A DNA stretch of 40,685 nt from Gemmatimonadaceae bacterium (GTDB taxonomy: Bacteria > Gemmatimonadota > Gemmatimonadetes > Gemmatimonadales > Gemmatimonadaceae), in contig DASWQD010000291.1 of the NCBI GenBank assembly GCA_036398255.1, positions 1 to 40,685 of the forward strand, written 5' to 3'. A program made the translations under genes and the position numbers. Below, piece after piece: positions 19,488 to 27,327 of the stretch (its first letter is position 1; each line of letters opens with the position of its first letter). Below the pieces are notes generated by a model. The model searched no databases. It was not told where the DNA came from and worked only from the letters and a program-made list of their open reading frames with translations.

Positions 19488-19501
19488 ACAGGAATCATGC
19501 C
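19488..19501 (-). promoter_or_regulatory. Possible sigma-54 promoter (imperfect -12)
   Basis: GG-CATGATTCCT-GT; GC replaced by GT. Confidence 0.35.
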
Positions 19502-19558
19502 GAATTCAATGTCCATTTTTCGGTGGAAGCGGTGAAAAACGGCTCTAAATTCAGCCCC

Positions 19559-20632
19559 ATGATACAGACCACCCCACTTCCCTCGAGCGACACCATGTAC
19601 CGCGCGCTGTCGGAGCGTGACGGCTCGTTTGACGGTGTCTTTTTCGCCGCAATCAGAACTACTGGCATTTTCTGCCGGCCGACCTGCTCAGCGAGAAAGC
19701 CACGCCCTGAAAACGTCGAGTTCTATCCAAGCGTTCGCGACGCACTCGTCGCCGGATACAGGCCGTGCCTGCGCTGCAACCCGATGCAGCCCGAAGGAGC
19801 TGCCCCACAGTGGATCGAGAAGCTGATCCAGCGCGTCGAGCAAAACCCATCGAAGAGATGGAAGGACGCCGATCTTCGCGCTGAGGATCTCGACCCCGCC
19901 CGGGTGAGAAGATGGTTCCTGAGGCATCACGGCCTCACCTTCCAGGCATACCAGCGGGCGCGGCGCCTGGGCCTCGCCCTCGGACGAATCCGCCAGGGTG
20001 AAAAGTGGGAGGGAGTAGGCTACACCCACGGATTCGAGTCGGCGAGCGGTTTTCACGAGGCTTTCGCCCGCACGTTCGACGCGAAGCCGAACCGGGCAGG
20101 AGAGCTCTCGACCGTGGTGACCACGCGGATCCTGACTCCCCTCGGCCCGATGATCGCCGGCGCAACCGGAGACGGAATCTGCCTCCTCGAATTCGCCGAT
20201 CGCCGGATGCTGGAGATGCAGCTGGATCGTGTGCGCAAATGGTTCGGCGCGGCCCCTGTCCCCGGGTCGAACCATCATATCGAAAAGCTGAAAGGCGAGT
20301 TAGATAATTATTTTACTGGATCGCTCACCAGATTCACCGTCCCGCTGCTCCTCAAGGGAACCGAGTTCCAGATGGCCGCCTGGAGACAGCTGCTGGAGAT
20401 TCCGTACGGAGAGACGATCAGCTACGAGCAACAGGCTCGCGCCATTGGCCGCCTCGGCGCACAACGAGCGATCGGAAAGGCAAATGGCGACAATCGCATT
20501 GCGATCGTCATCCCCTGCCACCGCGTCGTCAGACAGAACGGAGACCTCTGCGGATACGGCGGCGGACTCTGGCGAAAACAGTTTCTCCTGGACCTGGAGA
20601 GAGGCCGCCGCGCTCCGCTCCTACCGCTTTGA
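19559..20632 (+). CDS. ada: Bifunctional Ada: Zn-binding methylphosphotriester repair domain + AraC HTH + O6-methylguanine-DNA methyltransferase
   Basis: TTGIFCRPTC, GYRPCLRC, GFESASGF, IPYGET.SY, IPCHRVV, GYGGG. Start moved to ATG 19559 because TAAATT lies 7 nt upstream. Confidence 0.93.
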   Translation: MIQTTPLPSSDTMYRALSERDGSFDGVFFAAIRTTGIFCRPTCSARKPRPENVEFYPSVRDALVAGYRPCLRCNPMQPEGAAPQWIEKLIQRVEQNPSKRWKDADLRAEDLDPARVRRWFLRHHGLTFQAYQRARRLGLALGRIRQGEKWEGVGYTHGFESASGFHEAFARTFDAKPNRAGELSTVVTTRILTPLGPMIAGATGDGICLLEFADRRMLEMQLDRVRKWFGAAPVPGSNHHIEKLKGELDNYFTGSLTRFTVPLLLKGTEFQMAAWRQLLEIPYGETISYEQQARAIGRLGAQRAIGKANGDNRIAIVIPCHRVVRQNGDLCGYGGGLWRKQFLLDLERGRRAPLLPL

Positions 20633-21262
20633 TGGGTCCGACTTCCACACCTGGTAGGAGTACGCAAACAGGAAGATCGTGATCGCCACGGCGGCCACGA
20701 CAAGCACCCAGATGGCGATCTCCGGCGCCAGGAACGTCGACACCACCATCAGCAATCCGAGTGCGACGAAAAGATTGCCGCCAACCTTGTGCGTGCGCTC
20801 CCACGATAGATCACTCGTGAGCGTCCATGGGGTTCTGATGCCGATGAACCAGTTGGGATGCGCACGCGGGATCATCAACCCCATGATCGCGATGAACACA
20901 CCCACTGCCGGCATTATCACACGGTCCATTCGCACGGGACTTCCGGTCGCCGCCAATAGCGTCACCGCATGTATTCCAAGCATGAACGCGAGAATCAGGA
21001 CGATGAGTCCGTCGTACATTCCCGAGAATTTCGCGTAGTTCGCCCTGCGCGGATCCACATGCGGAAGCGCTCGCATGACAAACCATACCAGCGCCATCAT
21101 CAGCGGCAGCAGCCAGGCACCCCAGAGACGGCTCGACCAGTCATTCGGCTCACCTGTTGCGCTCCAGTGAGTCGGCATCTGCTCCGGAAGCTGCGGATAT
21201 GCCACGATCGAAGCAATCACTGCAGCGACGACCAGCAGCAGCGGAATCCATTTGCGCATCAT
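20621..21262 (-). CDS. SdpI/YfhL-family membrane protein with DUF1648
   Basis: LPEQMPTHW..G.PN.W, PHVDP...NY, PNWFIGIRTPWTL...WERTH; GGAGG SD and ATGA overlap with the lspA stop. Confidence 0.9.
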   Translation of the reverse strand: MMRKWIPLLLVVAAVIASIVAYPQLPEQMPTHWSATGEPNDWSSRLWGAWLLPLMMALVWFVMRALPHVDPRRANYAKFSGMYDGLIVLILAFMLGIHAVTLLAATGSPVRMDRVIMPAVGVFIAIMGLMIPRAHPNWFIGIRTPWTLTSDLSWERTHKVGGNLFVALGLLMVVSTFLAPEIAIWVLVVAAVAITIFLFAYSYQVWKSDPSKR

Positions 21263-21744
21263 GCCTCCCCTTTTTTCTGGCTTTTCAGTGAAAAGAGCGC
21301 GAGCAGAATAGCACCGCACGTAACAGCCGCATCAGCGATGTTGAACGTCCAGAATCGCGCGTCGCCAATTCCGACGTCGATGAAATCCACAACTCCGCGA
21401 TGCGATATCAACCTGTCGGTGAGATTGCCGAGTGCCCCGGCGACGACGAGCCCGAGCGAAAGCCCAGTCAGCCTGTCGGCCGGCGGAGTACGATGATACA
21501 GGATACCGAGTACGGCGAGAACAGCCGCTGCCGTAACTGTGAATCCAACTCGCGAGTAGGAGCCCAGCGACAAACCCATTGCCGCATCCCGGTTGTACGC
21601 GAGAGTGAAGCGAACCACATCGCCAATGATTCGATGCGGAACATGCATCGGCGTGAGATGAGACTCGGCGAGCCGTTTCGTGATGAAATCGACGGCATAG
21701 ACAATTACGAGCGCGGGCCAGAACGCTCCTGCCTTAGGTGACAT
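21259..21744 (-). CDS. lspA: Lipoprotein signal peptidase II
   Basis: DFITK, AYNRDAAMG, GALGNLTDR, VVDFID, FNIADAA. Confidence 0.93.
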   Translation of the reverse strand: MSPKAGAFWPALVIVYAVDFITKRLAESHLTPMHVPHRIIGDVVRFTLAYNRDAAMGLSLGSYSRVGFTVTAAAVLAVLGILYHRTPPADRLTGLSLGLVVAGALGNLTDRLISHRGVVDFIDVGIGDARFWTFNIADAAVTCGAILLALFSLKSQKKGEA

Positions 21745-21764
21745 GAGCAGGAGAATAACACCGG

Positions 21765-21806
21765 AAAACGACGAAGGCCGCCAGTTTTTTCTGACGGCCT
21801 TCGTCG
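21765..21806 (-). terminator. Rho-independent terminator of the PRC-barrel unit
   Basis: CGACGAAGGCCG..CAG-N6-CTG..CGGCCTTCGTCG stem followed by TTTT on the minus strand. Confidence 0.75.
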
Positions 21807-21815
21807 ATCAGAGCA

Positions 21816-22451
21816 TCACGTGTCGCGCGCTTCGTCGTCGGCTTTTGTCTTTCTGATGACGATTTCCTGGTCGGATCCCGGCCGCCTGACGATTATTTCC
21901 TGGTCCGCCACGATCGGTACCGTGACTTCGTTGTCTCCAACGCGCGGCATCGTGCTCGCACCCACATCCGACGCATCGACCCGCGACGGATCTACCTCGG
22001 CCTTGCGGGACCACATGCGCGTGTCGTCGTAGATCTCATCCTTGTAGTAATCCGCGGGAACGCTTGCTGCCGTCGCGCCGTAGTAGTTGCGCAGCGATGT
22101 CTCGTAGTCGCGGGTGATCGGACCGCGCTTGTATGCAGGCGCTCCAGTAAGGCCCTGAGCCGGAAGCCGCTCTATGAGGACGTCGTGTCCATCTTCCTTG
22201 AGTCGCGCAGTTCCGATCGGAACAAGGATGTGCCTGTCGTCGTCGATGCCCAGCGCCTTCCCGTCGACCTTCACTTCCATGTACCGGACGCGTCTCTCGA
22301 CAGGATCCACAATGAGCTCTTCAACCTTTCCTATCTTCCTGTCGTCGGGAGTGCGAACCTCCCATCCGCGAATGTCGTGATCGCCTTGCGCGACCTGGAA
22401 TCCCTTGAGCTCTTCCAGTCTCGCCAGTCTGATATCCTCGTCCTTGTGCAT
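21816..22451 (-). CDS. PRC-barrel domain protein
   Basis: DIRGWEVRTPDDRKIGKVEELIVD...VRYMEV...ILVPIG; AGGAGG 7 nt before ATG 22451. Confidence 0.88.
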   Translation of the reverse strand: MHKDEDIRLARLEELKGFQVAQGDHDIRGWEVRTPDDRKIGKVEELIVDPVERRVRYMEVKVDGKALGIDDDRHILVPIGTARLKEDGHDVLIERLPAQGLTGAPAYKRGPITRDYETSLRNYYGATAASVPADYYKDEIYDDTRMWSRKAEVDPSRVDASDVGASTMPRVGDNEVTVPIVADQEIIVRRPGSDQEIVIRKTKADDEARDT

Positions 22452-22473
22452 CGCCAAGCCTCCTCTGGTGCCT

Positions 22474-22659
22474 CTATGGAGTGCGTGTTGTGTCGGCAGC
22501 CGAATCCGCGACTGTGGCAGCTGGAGCCCCGGTAGTCTCCGTTCCGCTCGAGCGGTTCGACCACAGCCACCATCCGATTATCGCCGCGACGACAAGCAGG
22601 AGCAGGATCAAGATCCATGGCGCCCCCCGTTTTTTTTCTTCGATCCTGATTTCCGCCAC
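22474..22659 (-). CDS. Small single-pass membrane protein (61 aa)
   Basis: GGAGG SD before GTG 22659; MAEIRIEEKKRGAPW followed by a hydrophobic helix (ILILLLLVVAAIIGWWLW) and a Thr/Ala tail. Confidence 0.75.
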   Translation of the reverse strand: MAEIRIEEKKRGAPWILILLLLVVAAIIGWWLWSNRSSGTETTGAPAATVADSAADTTRTP

Positions 22660-22700
22660 GCTCCCTCCAGTGCCGATTGTGAAGTCCCGCACTCGGTGCT

Positions 22701-22714
22701 GCAACGTCTGTTCC
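22701..22714 (-). promoter_or_regulatory. Putative sigma-54 promoter of the small-protein/PRC-barrel unit
   Basis: GG-AACAGACGTT-GCA (GGAAC-N5-TTGCA). Confidence 0.55.
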
Positions 22715-22804
22715 GCAAGGCGCCGGCGAGTGTAAGGGATTCCTCCACCAAATAGCAGGCACCCTCCGACAGAGGGCAGGGCCGCCGGTCGTGAAGTTGC
22801 AGTC

Positions 22805-23578
22805 ATGCGGGAATCACCTCTCATTCGCCTTTTCTCCACCGCCCTGTTCGCGTCGACTCTTCTCGCCGCCACCGGTGCAGCTCAATCGACTGATCTTCCT
22901 TTCCGGGTCGGCGAAAAGCTCACCTACCGCGTCAGCGTCGCGAAGATGGGAACCGTGGGGACCGGGTCCATGTGGATCGAAGGTCCCGTGGACATCCGCG
23001 GAACCTCCACCTGGCTTCTGCGCTTCGACTTCGCGGCGGGATTCGGCCCGATGAAAGCAGTGGACCGAACATCATCGTGGCTCGATCCGGTGCGAATGGC
23101 CGCTCAGAGATACATCAAGCACGAGAAGCACGTTCTCTCGAAGCGGGAGGAGAGAGTGGAAATCTTCGCCGCCGATCGGCGCTGGACGGGATCGAACGGC
23201 GAGTCGGGCGTGAGCCCGAGCAGTGAGCCGCTCGACGAGCTCTCCTTCATGTACTTCATCCGCACACTTCCTCTGATTCCCGACAGTGTCTACAGCTTCA
23301 ACCGGCACTTCGATCTGTCCCGCAGCCCCACGACCCTCAGAGTAGTGCGAAGGGAAATCGTGAATACGCCGGCGGGTCGTTTTGCGACAATCCTCGTGGA
23401 AATGCGTGTGCGGGATTCCCGCCGCTACAAGGGAGAAGGAGTGATTCGCCTCAACCTCTCCGATGATGCGATGCGAATCCCCGTGCGCATCGAGAGTACA
23501 ATGCCGTTGGTGGGAACAGCGGTGATGACGCTGGACAGCTACAACAACCCAGCAGAAGCGGCATTGGCCAGGCTTTAG
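22805..23578 (+). CDS. DUF3108-like exported protein
   Basis: Signal peptide, PFRVGEKLTY.V, PLDELSF.YFIR, TPAGRF.T, LSDD..RIPVRI. Confidence 0.8.
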   Translation: MRESPLIRLFSTALFASTLLAATGAAQSTDLPFRVGEKLTYRVSVAKMGTVGTGSMWIEGPVDIRGTSTWLLRFDFAAGFGPMKAVDRTSSWLDPVRMAAQRYIKHEKHVLSKREERVEIFAADRRWTGSNGESGVSPSSEPLDELSFMYFIRTLPLIPDSVYSFNRHFDLSRSPTTLRVVRREIVNTPAGRFATILVEMRVRDSRRYKGEGVIRLNLSDDAMRIPVRIESTMPLVGTAVMTLDSYNNPAEAALARL

Positions 23579-23590
23579 TTAGACAATTAT

Positions 23591-24670
23591 CTAATCACCC
23601 ATGCTGATCCCGGTGGCCCGGGCGGCTACGACGATGTCGTGCGACGGATCCACCCGCTTCTCCTCCCTGATCACGTCCTCGATCGGCACGGTGACCAGAT
23701 GCGGTGACTGAAGAGCCACCATCTCACCCCACTTCTCGTTCGCGATGGCCGTTATCGCTGCAGCGCCGAACCGCGCGGCGAGCAGGCGATCATAGCCGGT
23801 TGGCGCACCGCCGCGTTGGAGATGTCCAAGCACGAGCGACCGGCATTCCTTTCCCGTTCGCTCGTGGATATCGCGCACCAGATTTTCGACGACCTTTCCG
23901 GCGTGAATCTCCCTCTTCGGCAGGGGATGGGTTCCGGTACTGGTGATATCGGTGATCGGATAAGCGCCCTCCGCAGCAACGACTATCGAAAAATTCTGCC
24001 CTGCCCTGTCACGCCGCTCGATTTTCTCGCAGACCTTGTCGATGTCGTACGGAATCTCCGGTATCAGTATGACGTCAGCCGTCGCAGCGACTCCGGCGTG
24101 CAGCGCGATGAATCCCGCATGCCGCCCCATTACCTCCATCACTATCACCCGGTCGTGACTCTCCGCGGTTGTGTGCAGCTTGTCGATCGCTTCGATGGCA
24201 GTGTTCACCGCGGTGTCGAATCCGAATGTCGTAATCGTCTGGCTCACGTCGTTGTCGATCGTCTTGGGAACCCCGACAATCTTGAGGCCCCGCCTCACGA
24301 GCTCGAGGCCGATTCCGAGAGTTCCATCTCCACCGATCGCAATGAGCGCTTCCAGGCCGAGCTTCCGGACATTGGCGATCAGCTCCTCCGAGCAGTCCTT
24401 CTCTACTATCGATCCGTCAGCGGCACGCACCGGAAAGCACAGCGGATTTCCCCGATTGGTCGTGCGAAGGATCGTTCCACCGAGGTGCGCGATTCCGCTC
24501 ACCGAAGAGCGCGTGAGAGGCATGATGTCCGGCGTGCCGAGCAGCCCGGCGAAACCGTGACGGATTCCCAGGACTTCCCAGCCGCGATTGACTGCGGAAA
24601 GCACCGCCGTTCGGATGACCGCGTTCAGACCCGGCGCATCGCCTCCGCCGGTGAGCAAGCCAATCTTCAT
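23591..24670 (-). CDS. pfkA: 6-phosphofructokinase (PfkA family, probably ATP-dependent)
   Basis: TGGGDAPGLN, GGTILRT, IGGDGT, PKTIDND, EVMGRHAG, GHLQRGG. The real start is ATG 24670 (MKIGLL), not 24790. Confidence 0.93.
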   Translation of the reverse strand: MKIGLLTGGGDAPGLNAVIRTAVLSAVNRGWEVLGIRHGFAGLLGTPDIMPLTRSSVSGIAHLGGTILRTTNRGNPLCFPVRAADGSIVEKDCSEELIANVRKLGLEALIAIGGDGTLGIGLELVRRGLKIVGVPKTIDNDVSQTITTFGFDTAVNTAIEAIDKLHTTAESHDRVIVMEVMGRHAGFIALHAGVAATADVILIPEIPYDIDKVCEKIERRDRAGQNFSIVVAAEGAYPITDITSTGTHPLPKREIHAGKVVENLVRDIHERTGKECRSLVLGHLQRGGAPTGYDRLLAARFGAAAITAIANEKWGEMVALQSPHLVTVPIEDVIREEKRVDPSHDIVVAARATGISMGD

Positions 24671-24689
24671 CGTCGAATGGAGAGCATGT

Positions 24690-24739
24690 AAAAGAAGAAT
24701 CGGGCGGAAGAGCCAATGTTCGGCTTTCCCGCCCGATTG
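24690..24739 (-). terminator. Terminator downstream of tRNA-Phe
   Basis: AATCGGGCGG(GAAAGCC)-loop-(GGCTCTT)CCGCCCGATT then CTTCTTTT on the minus strand. Confidence 0.7.
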
Positions 24740-24760
24740 TCCAGTTTTGGTTGCATCGAA

Positions 24761-24833
<73 letters not shown>

Positions 24834-24902
24834 TGTCGTGAGCGCAATGTAATTCTGCGCCGGTGACGCTGGAACCCCTCGTACCTTGGCCGCGCACACG
24901 CC

Positions 24903-24916
24903 GGTACGGCTCGTGC
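24903..24916 (+). promoter_or_regulatory. Putative sigma-54 promoter of the 43-aa protein
   Basis: GG-TACGGCTCGT-GC (GGTACG-N4-gTGC), 40 nt upstream of ATG 24957. Confidence 0.5.
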
Positions 24917-24956
24917 GCTGCACTCTCCACCCCTTACTTTTTACTGCGGAGAATCG

Positions 24957-25088
24957 ATGAGCAAATTGCTGCGCGGCATTGCCGCTGGATACGGCGCAAG
25001 AAAACTCACCGGCGGCTGTGGCTGCATGGGCATTATCGTCTTCATCATTCTGTGGTACCTCCTCGGCAACTTCGGGATCTTCAAGTAG
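24957..25088 (+). CDS. Small membrane protein (43 aa), absent from the ORF track
   Basis: GGAG SD; MSKLLRGIAAGYGARKLTGGCGCMGIIVFIILWYLLGNFGIFK*; fills the gap before terC. Confidence 0.72.
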   Translation: MSKLLRGIAAGYGARKLTGGCGCMGIIVFIILWYLLGNFGIFK

Positions 25089-25114
25089 CCGCCCGACCTT
25101 CTTCAATAACCTGA

Positions 25115-25873
25115 ATGGACTGGATTACCGACCCTCAAGCCTGGATCGCACTCACTACGCTTACTGCACTCGAGATAGTGCTCGGCGTGGACAACGTCGT
25201 CTTCATTTCGATCCTGGCGGGGAAGCTTCCGCCCGAACAGCGGGAGAAGGCCCGTCGTCTCGGACTTGGCCTCGCGATGTTCGTTCGCATTCTCCTCCTG
25301 CTCTCCATCGCGTGGGTGGTGAAGCTGACGGCCCCGATCTTCACAGTCCTGAATCAGGAGATCTCGGGGAGAGACCTGATTCTTCTGCTCGGCGGACTTT
25401 TCCTCCTCGCGAAGAGCACGCACGAGATGCATGGGCAGCTCGAGGGCGACGAAGGTCATTCCTCCGGTCGTGTTGCGGCCTCGTTCACTTCGGTAATCGT
25501 TCAGATCCTGCTGCTCGACATCATCTTCTCCCTCGACTCGGTCATTACCGCGGTCGGCATGGCCGATGACGTAAGCGTGATGATCATCGCTGTCATCGTC
25601 GCGGTCGGCTTCATGCTCGTGTTCTCGGGTGCCGTGAGCCGGTTCGTCGACAAGCATCCGACGGTGAAGATGCTCGCCCTGAGCTTCCTGCTTCTGATTG
25701 GAGTGAGCCTCGTGGCGGAATCTCTCGAGTTCCACATTCCGAAGGGATACATCTACTTCGCGATGGCGTTCTCGCTCTTCGTCGAAGTGATCAACATCAA
25801 GGTGCGGAAATCGAAACAGCCTCCGGTTCATCTCCACGCGGCATACACGGAGGAGAAAGTGTCACCCGGCTGA
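25115..25873 (+). CDS. TerC-family membrane protein
   Basis: LEIVLGVDNVVFISI, RILLL, GGLFLLAKSTHE, LDIIFSLDSVITAVG, HPTVKMLAL.FLLLIG, IPKGYIYFAM. Confidence 0.95.
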   Translation: MDWITDPQAWIALTTLTALEIVLGVDNVVFISILAGKLPPEQREKARRLGLGLAMFVRILLLLSIAWVVKLTAPIFTVLNQEISGRDLILLLGGLFLLAKSTHEMHGQLEGDEGHSSGRVAASFTSVIVQILLLDIIFSLDSVITAVGMADDVSVMIIAVIVAVGFMLVFSGAVSRFVDKHPTVKMLALSFLLLIGVSLVAESLEFHIPKGYIYFAMAFSLFVEVINIKVRKSKQPPVHLHAAYTEEKVSPG

Positions 25874-26257
25874 TCGAGTCTCCACAGTGATGATCGACTT
25901 GATGCCGCCGCGCAGGTTGAAGTCGCCGACGACTTTCATCCATTTCGGCTGAACCGCAGCTACCAGATCGTCGTAGATGCGGTTCACCGCGCGCTCGTAG
26001 AAAATTCCGTCGTTCCGGAAGCTCCACAGGTAGAGCTTGAGGCTCTTCAGCTCCACGCAAACGGCGCCCGGGTTGTAGGTGATGCGAATGATCCCGAAAT
26101 CCGGGGCCCCGCCCTTCAGCAGTGCGAGCTCCTCCGCATCACTCTCGATTCCGCCGAGCGGGCAGAGTGAGGTGAACTCGTGGCAGTCCATGTGGATTTC
26201 GTAGTCGCGATCCGGATACGGATTCGCGAACGTCTCGAGGAGATCGGGTCTGGGCAT
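25862..26257 (-). CDS. queF: NADPH-dependent preQ0 reductase (unimodular QueF) with an active-site loop insertion
   Basis: LETFANP, EFTSLCP...PDFG, VELKSLKLYL.SFRN, FYE, GDFNLRGGI. Confidence 0.88.
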   Translation of the reverse strand: MPRPDLLETFANPYPDRDYEIHMDCHEFTSLCPLGGIESDAEELALLKGGAPDFGIIRITYNPGAVCVELKSLKLYLWSFRNDGIFYERAVNRIYDDLVAAVQPKWMKVVGDFNLRGGIKSIITVETRSAG

Positions 26258-26297
26258 TACGCAGGAATGTAATTCCTCCGCGTCTCTGTTACTCTGC

Positions 26298-27224
26298 CTA
26301 CTCTTCTTTCCTCAGTTTTTTCGACATCTCTTCCAGGATACGCAGCTCTTCGCTGGTCAGGCTTTCGATGCCGTGCTTCGAGATCTTGTCGAGCACCGTA
26401 TTCAGGCGTTCCGCGGATTGGTCTTCGGAATCACTAGCCGGCCGCGGGATGATCGCTGAGCGCACCGGCTTTGCCACAATCGCGTTGCTCTTCGCGACTA
26501 CTTCATCGATGCCCTCGGGCCTGTCAGCACGGTCACGATTTCTGGGACGCACACGCGGCACTGCACGGAACGCATCCTCGGGCTCATCGGGAACCGGCGA
26601 GACCCAGCGCCGGAAATTGTCCAGGCCACCAAACGCCGAGACCCTGAGGTAGACCCAGCCGAATGCGAGGCCGCCGATATGGGCAAACCACGCGATTCCG
26701 TTCCCGCCTCTTGTGGATGAAACTCCCATCGCGATGTTGATTGCGGCAAGCCATATCACGAGCCAGCGCGTCTTCATCGGTATCACACCGAAGACGTACA
26801 CCTCTTCATCGGGCCAGCGAAGCGCGTAGGCGAGCAGCACTCCCATGATCGCAGCTGACGCTCCGACGAGCTCCGCGGTTCCCTCCAGAAGCAGGTGCGC
26901 GATTGCGCCGCCGATGCCGCACCAGAGATAGAAATAGAGGAAGCCGCGCGCTCCCCATACCTGCTCGATTCGCGGACCGAACATCCACAACGACAGCATG
27001 TTGAACGCCAGATGCCATAGTCCTCCGTGGAGGAACATGTACGTGGCAATCGTCCACCATTTTGTCGGGAACTGCGCAGGGTCGAGGCCGAGCGCATTGA
27101 AAACGCTGCCGGCTCCGAAGAGCGTGAGCTGGAGAAAGTACACACCGACGTTCGCCGCTATCAGCCACTGAACGGCTGGCGTCACTCTCGGTTGCGAATG
27201 CGATTCGTACGATGTGTCCGGCAT
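26298..27224 (-). CDS. Rhomboid intramembrane serine protease with C-terminal soluble helical domain (DUF6576-like)
   Basis: TYMFLHGG..HLAFNM, catalytic GASA, AHIGG; C-terminal LNTVLDKISKHGIESLT. Confidence 0.92.
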   Translation of the reverse strand: MPDTSYESHSQPRVTPAVQWLIAANVGVYFLQLTLFGAGSVFNALGLDPAQFPTKWWTIATYMFLHGGLWHLAFNMLSLWMFGPRIEQVWGARGFLYFYLWCGIGGAIAHLLLEGTAELVGASAAIMGVLLAYALRWPDEEVYVFGVIPMKTRWLVIWLAAINIAMGVSSTRGGNGIAWFAHIGGLAFGWVYLRVSAFGGLDNFRRWVSPVPDEPEDAFRAVPRVRPRNRDRADRPEGIDEVVAKSNAIVAKPVRSAIIPRPASDSEDQSAERLNTVLDKISKHGIESLTSEELRILEEMSKKLRKEE

Positions 27225-27225
27225 G

Positions 27226-27293
27226 CTCTGGCCCTGCTATGACGCAGAACTCTGCGTCGTTCTCTGCTGACTCTGCTCGCTCTGTTGCTCTGC
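27226..27293 (-). repeat. Short (G)CAGAG repeat cluster with a small palindrome in the rhomboid leader
   Basis: CTCTG on the + strand at 27226, 27250, 27262, 27271, 27280 and 27288; hairpin GACGCAG-AACT-CTGCGTC at 27241-27258. Confidence 0.7.
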
Positions 27294-27297
27294 TTCT

Positions 27298-27306
27298 ACT
27301 ATAACA
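27298..27306 (-). promoter_or_regulatory. Extended -10 promoter for the rhomboid gene
   Basis: TG-T-TATAGT. Confidence 0.5.
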
Positions 27307-27327
27307 CGAACAACGTCGTGCGGTTCC

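Noticed and set aside
21816-22451. PRC-barrel gene as photosynthetic puhA
   Set aside because: No N-terminal TM helix and no puf/bch/crt neighbours
26258-26297. preQ1 riboswitch upstream of queF
   Set aside because: Only a 40-nt gap with no preQ1 aptamer pattern; the gene looks leaderless
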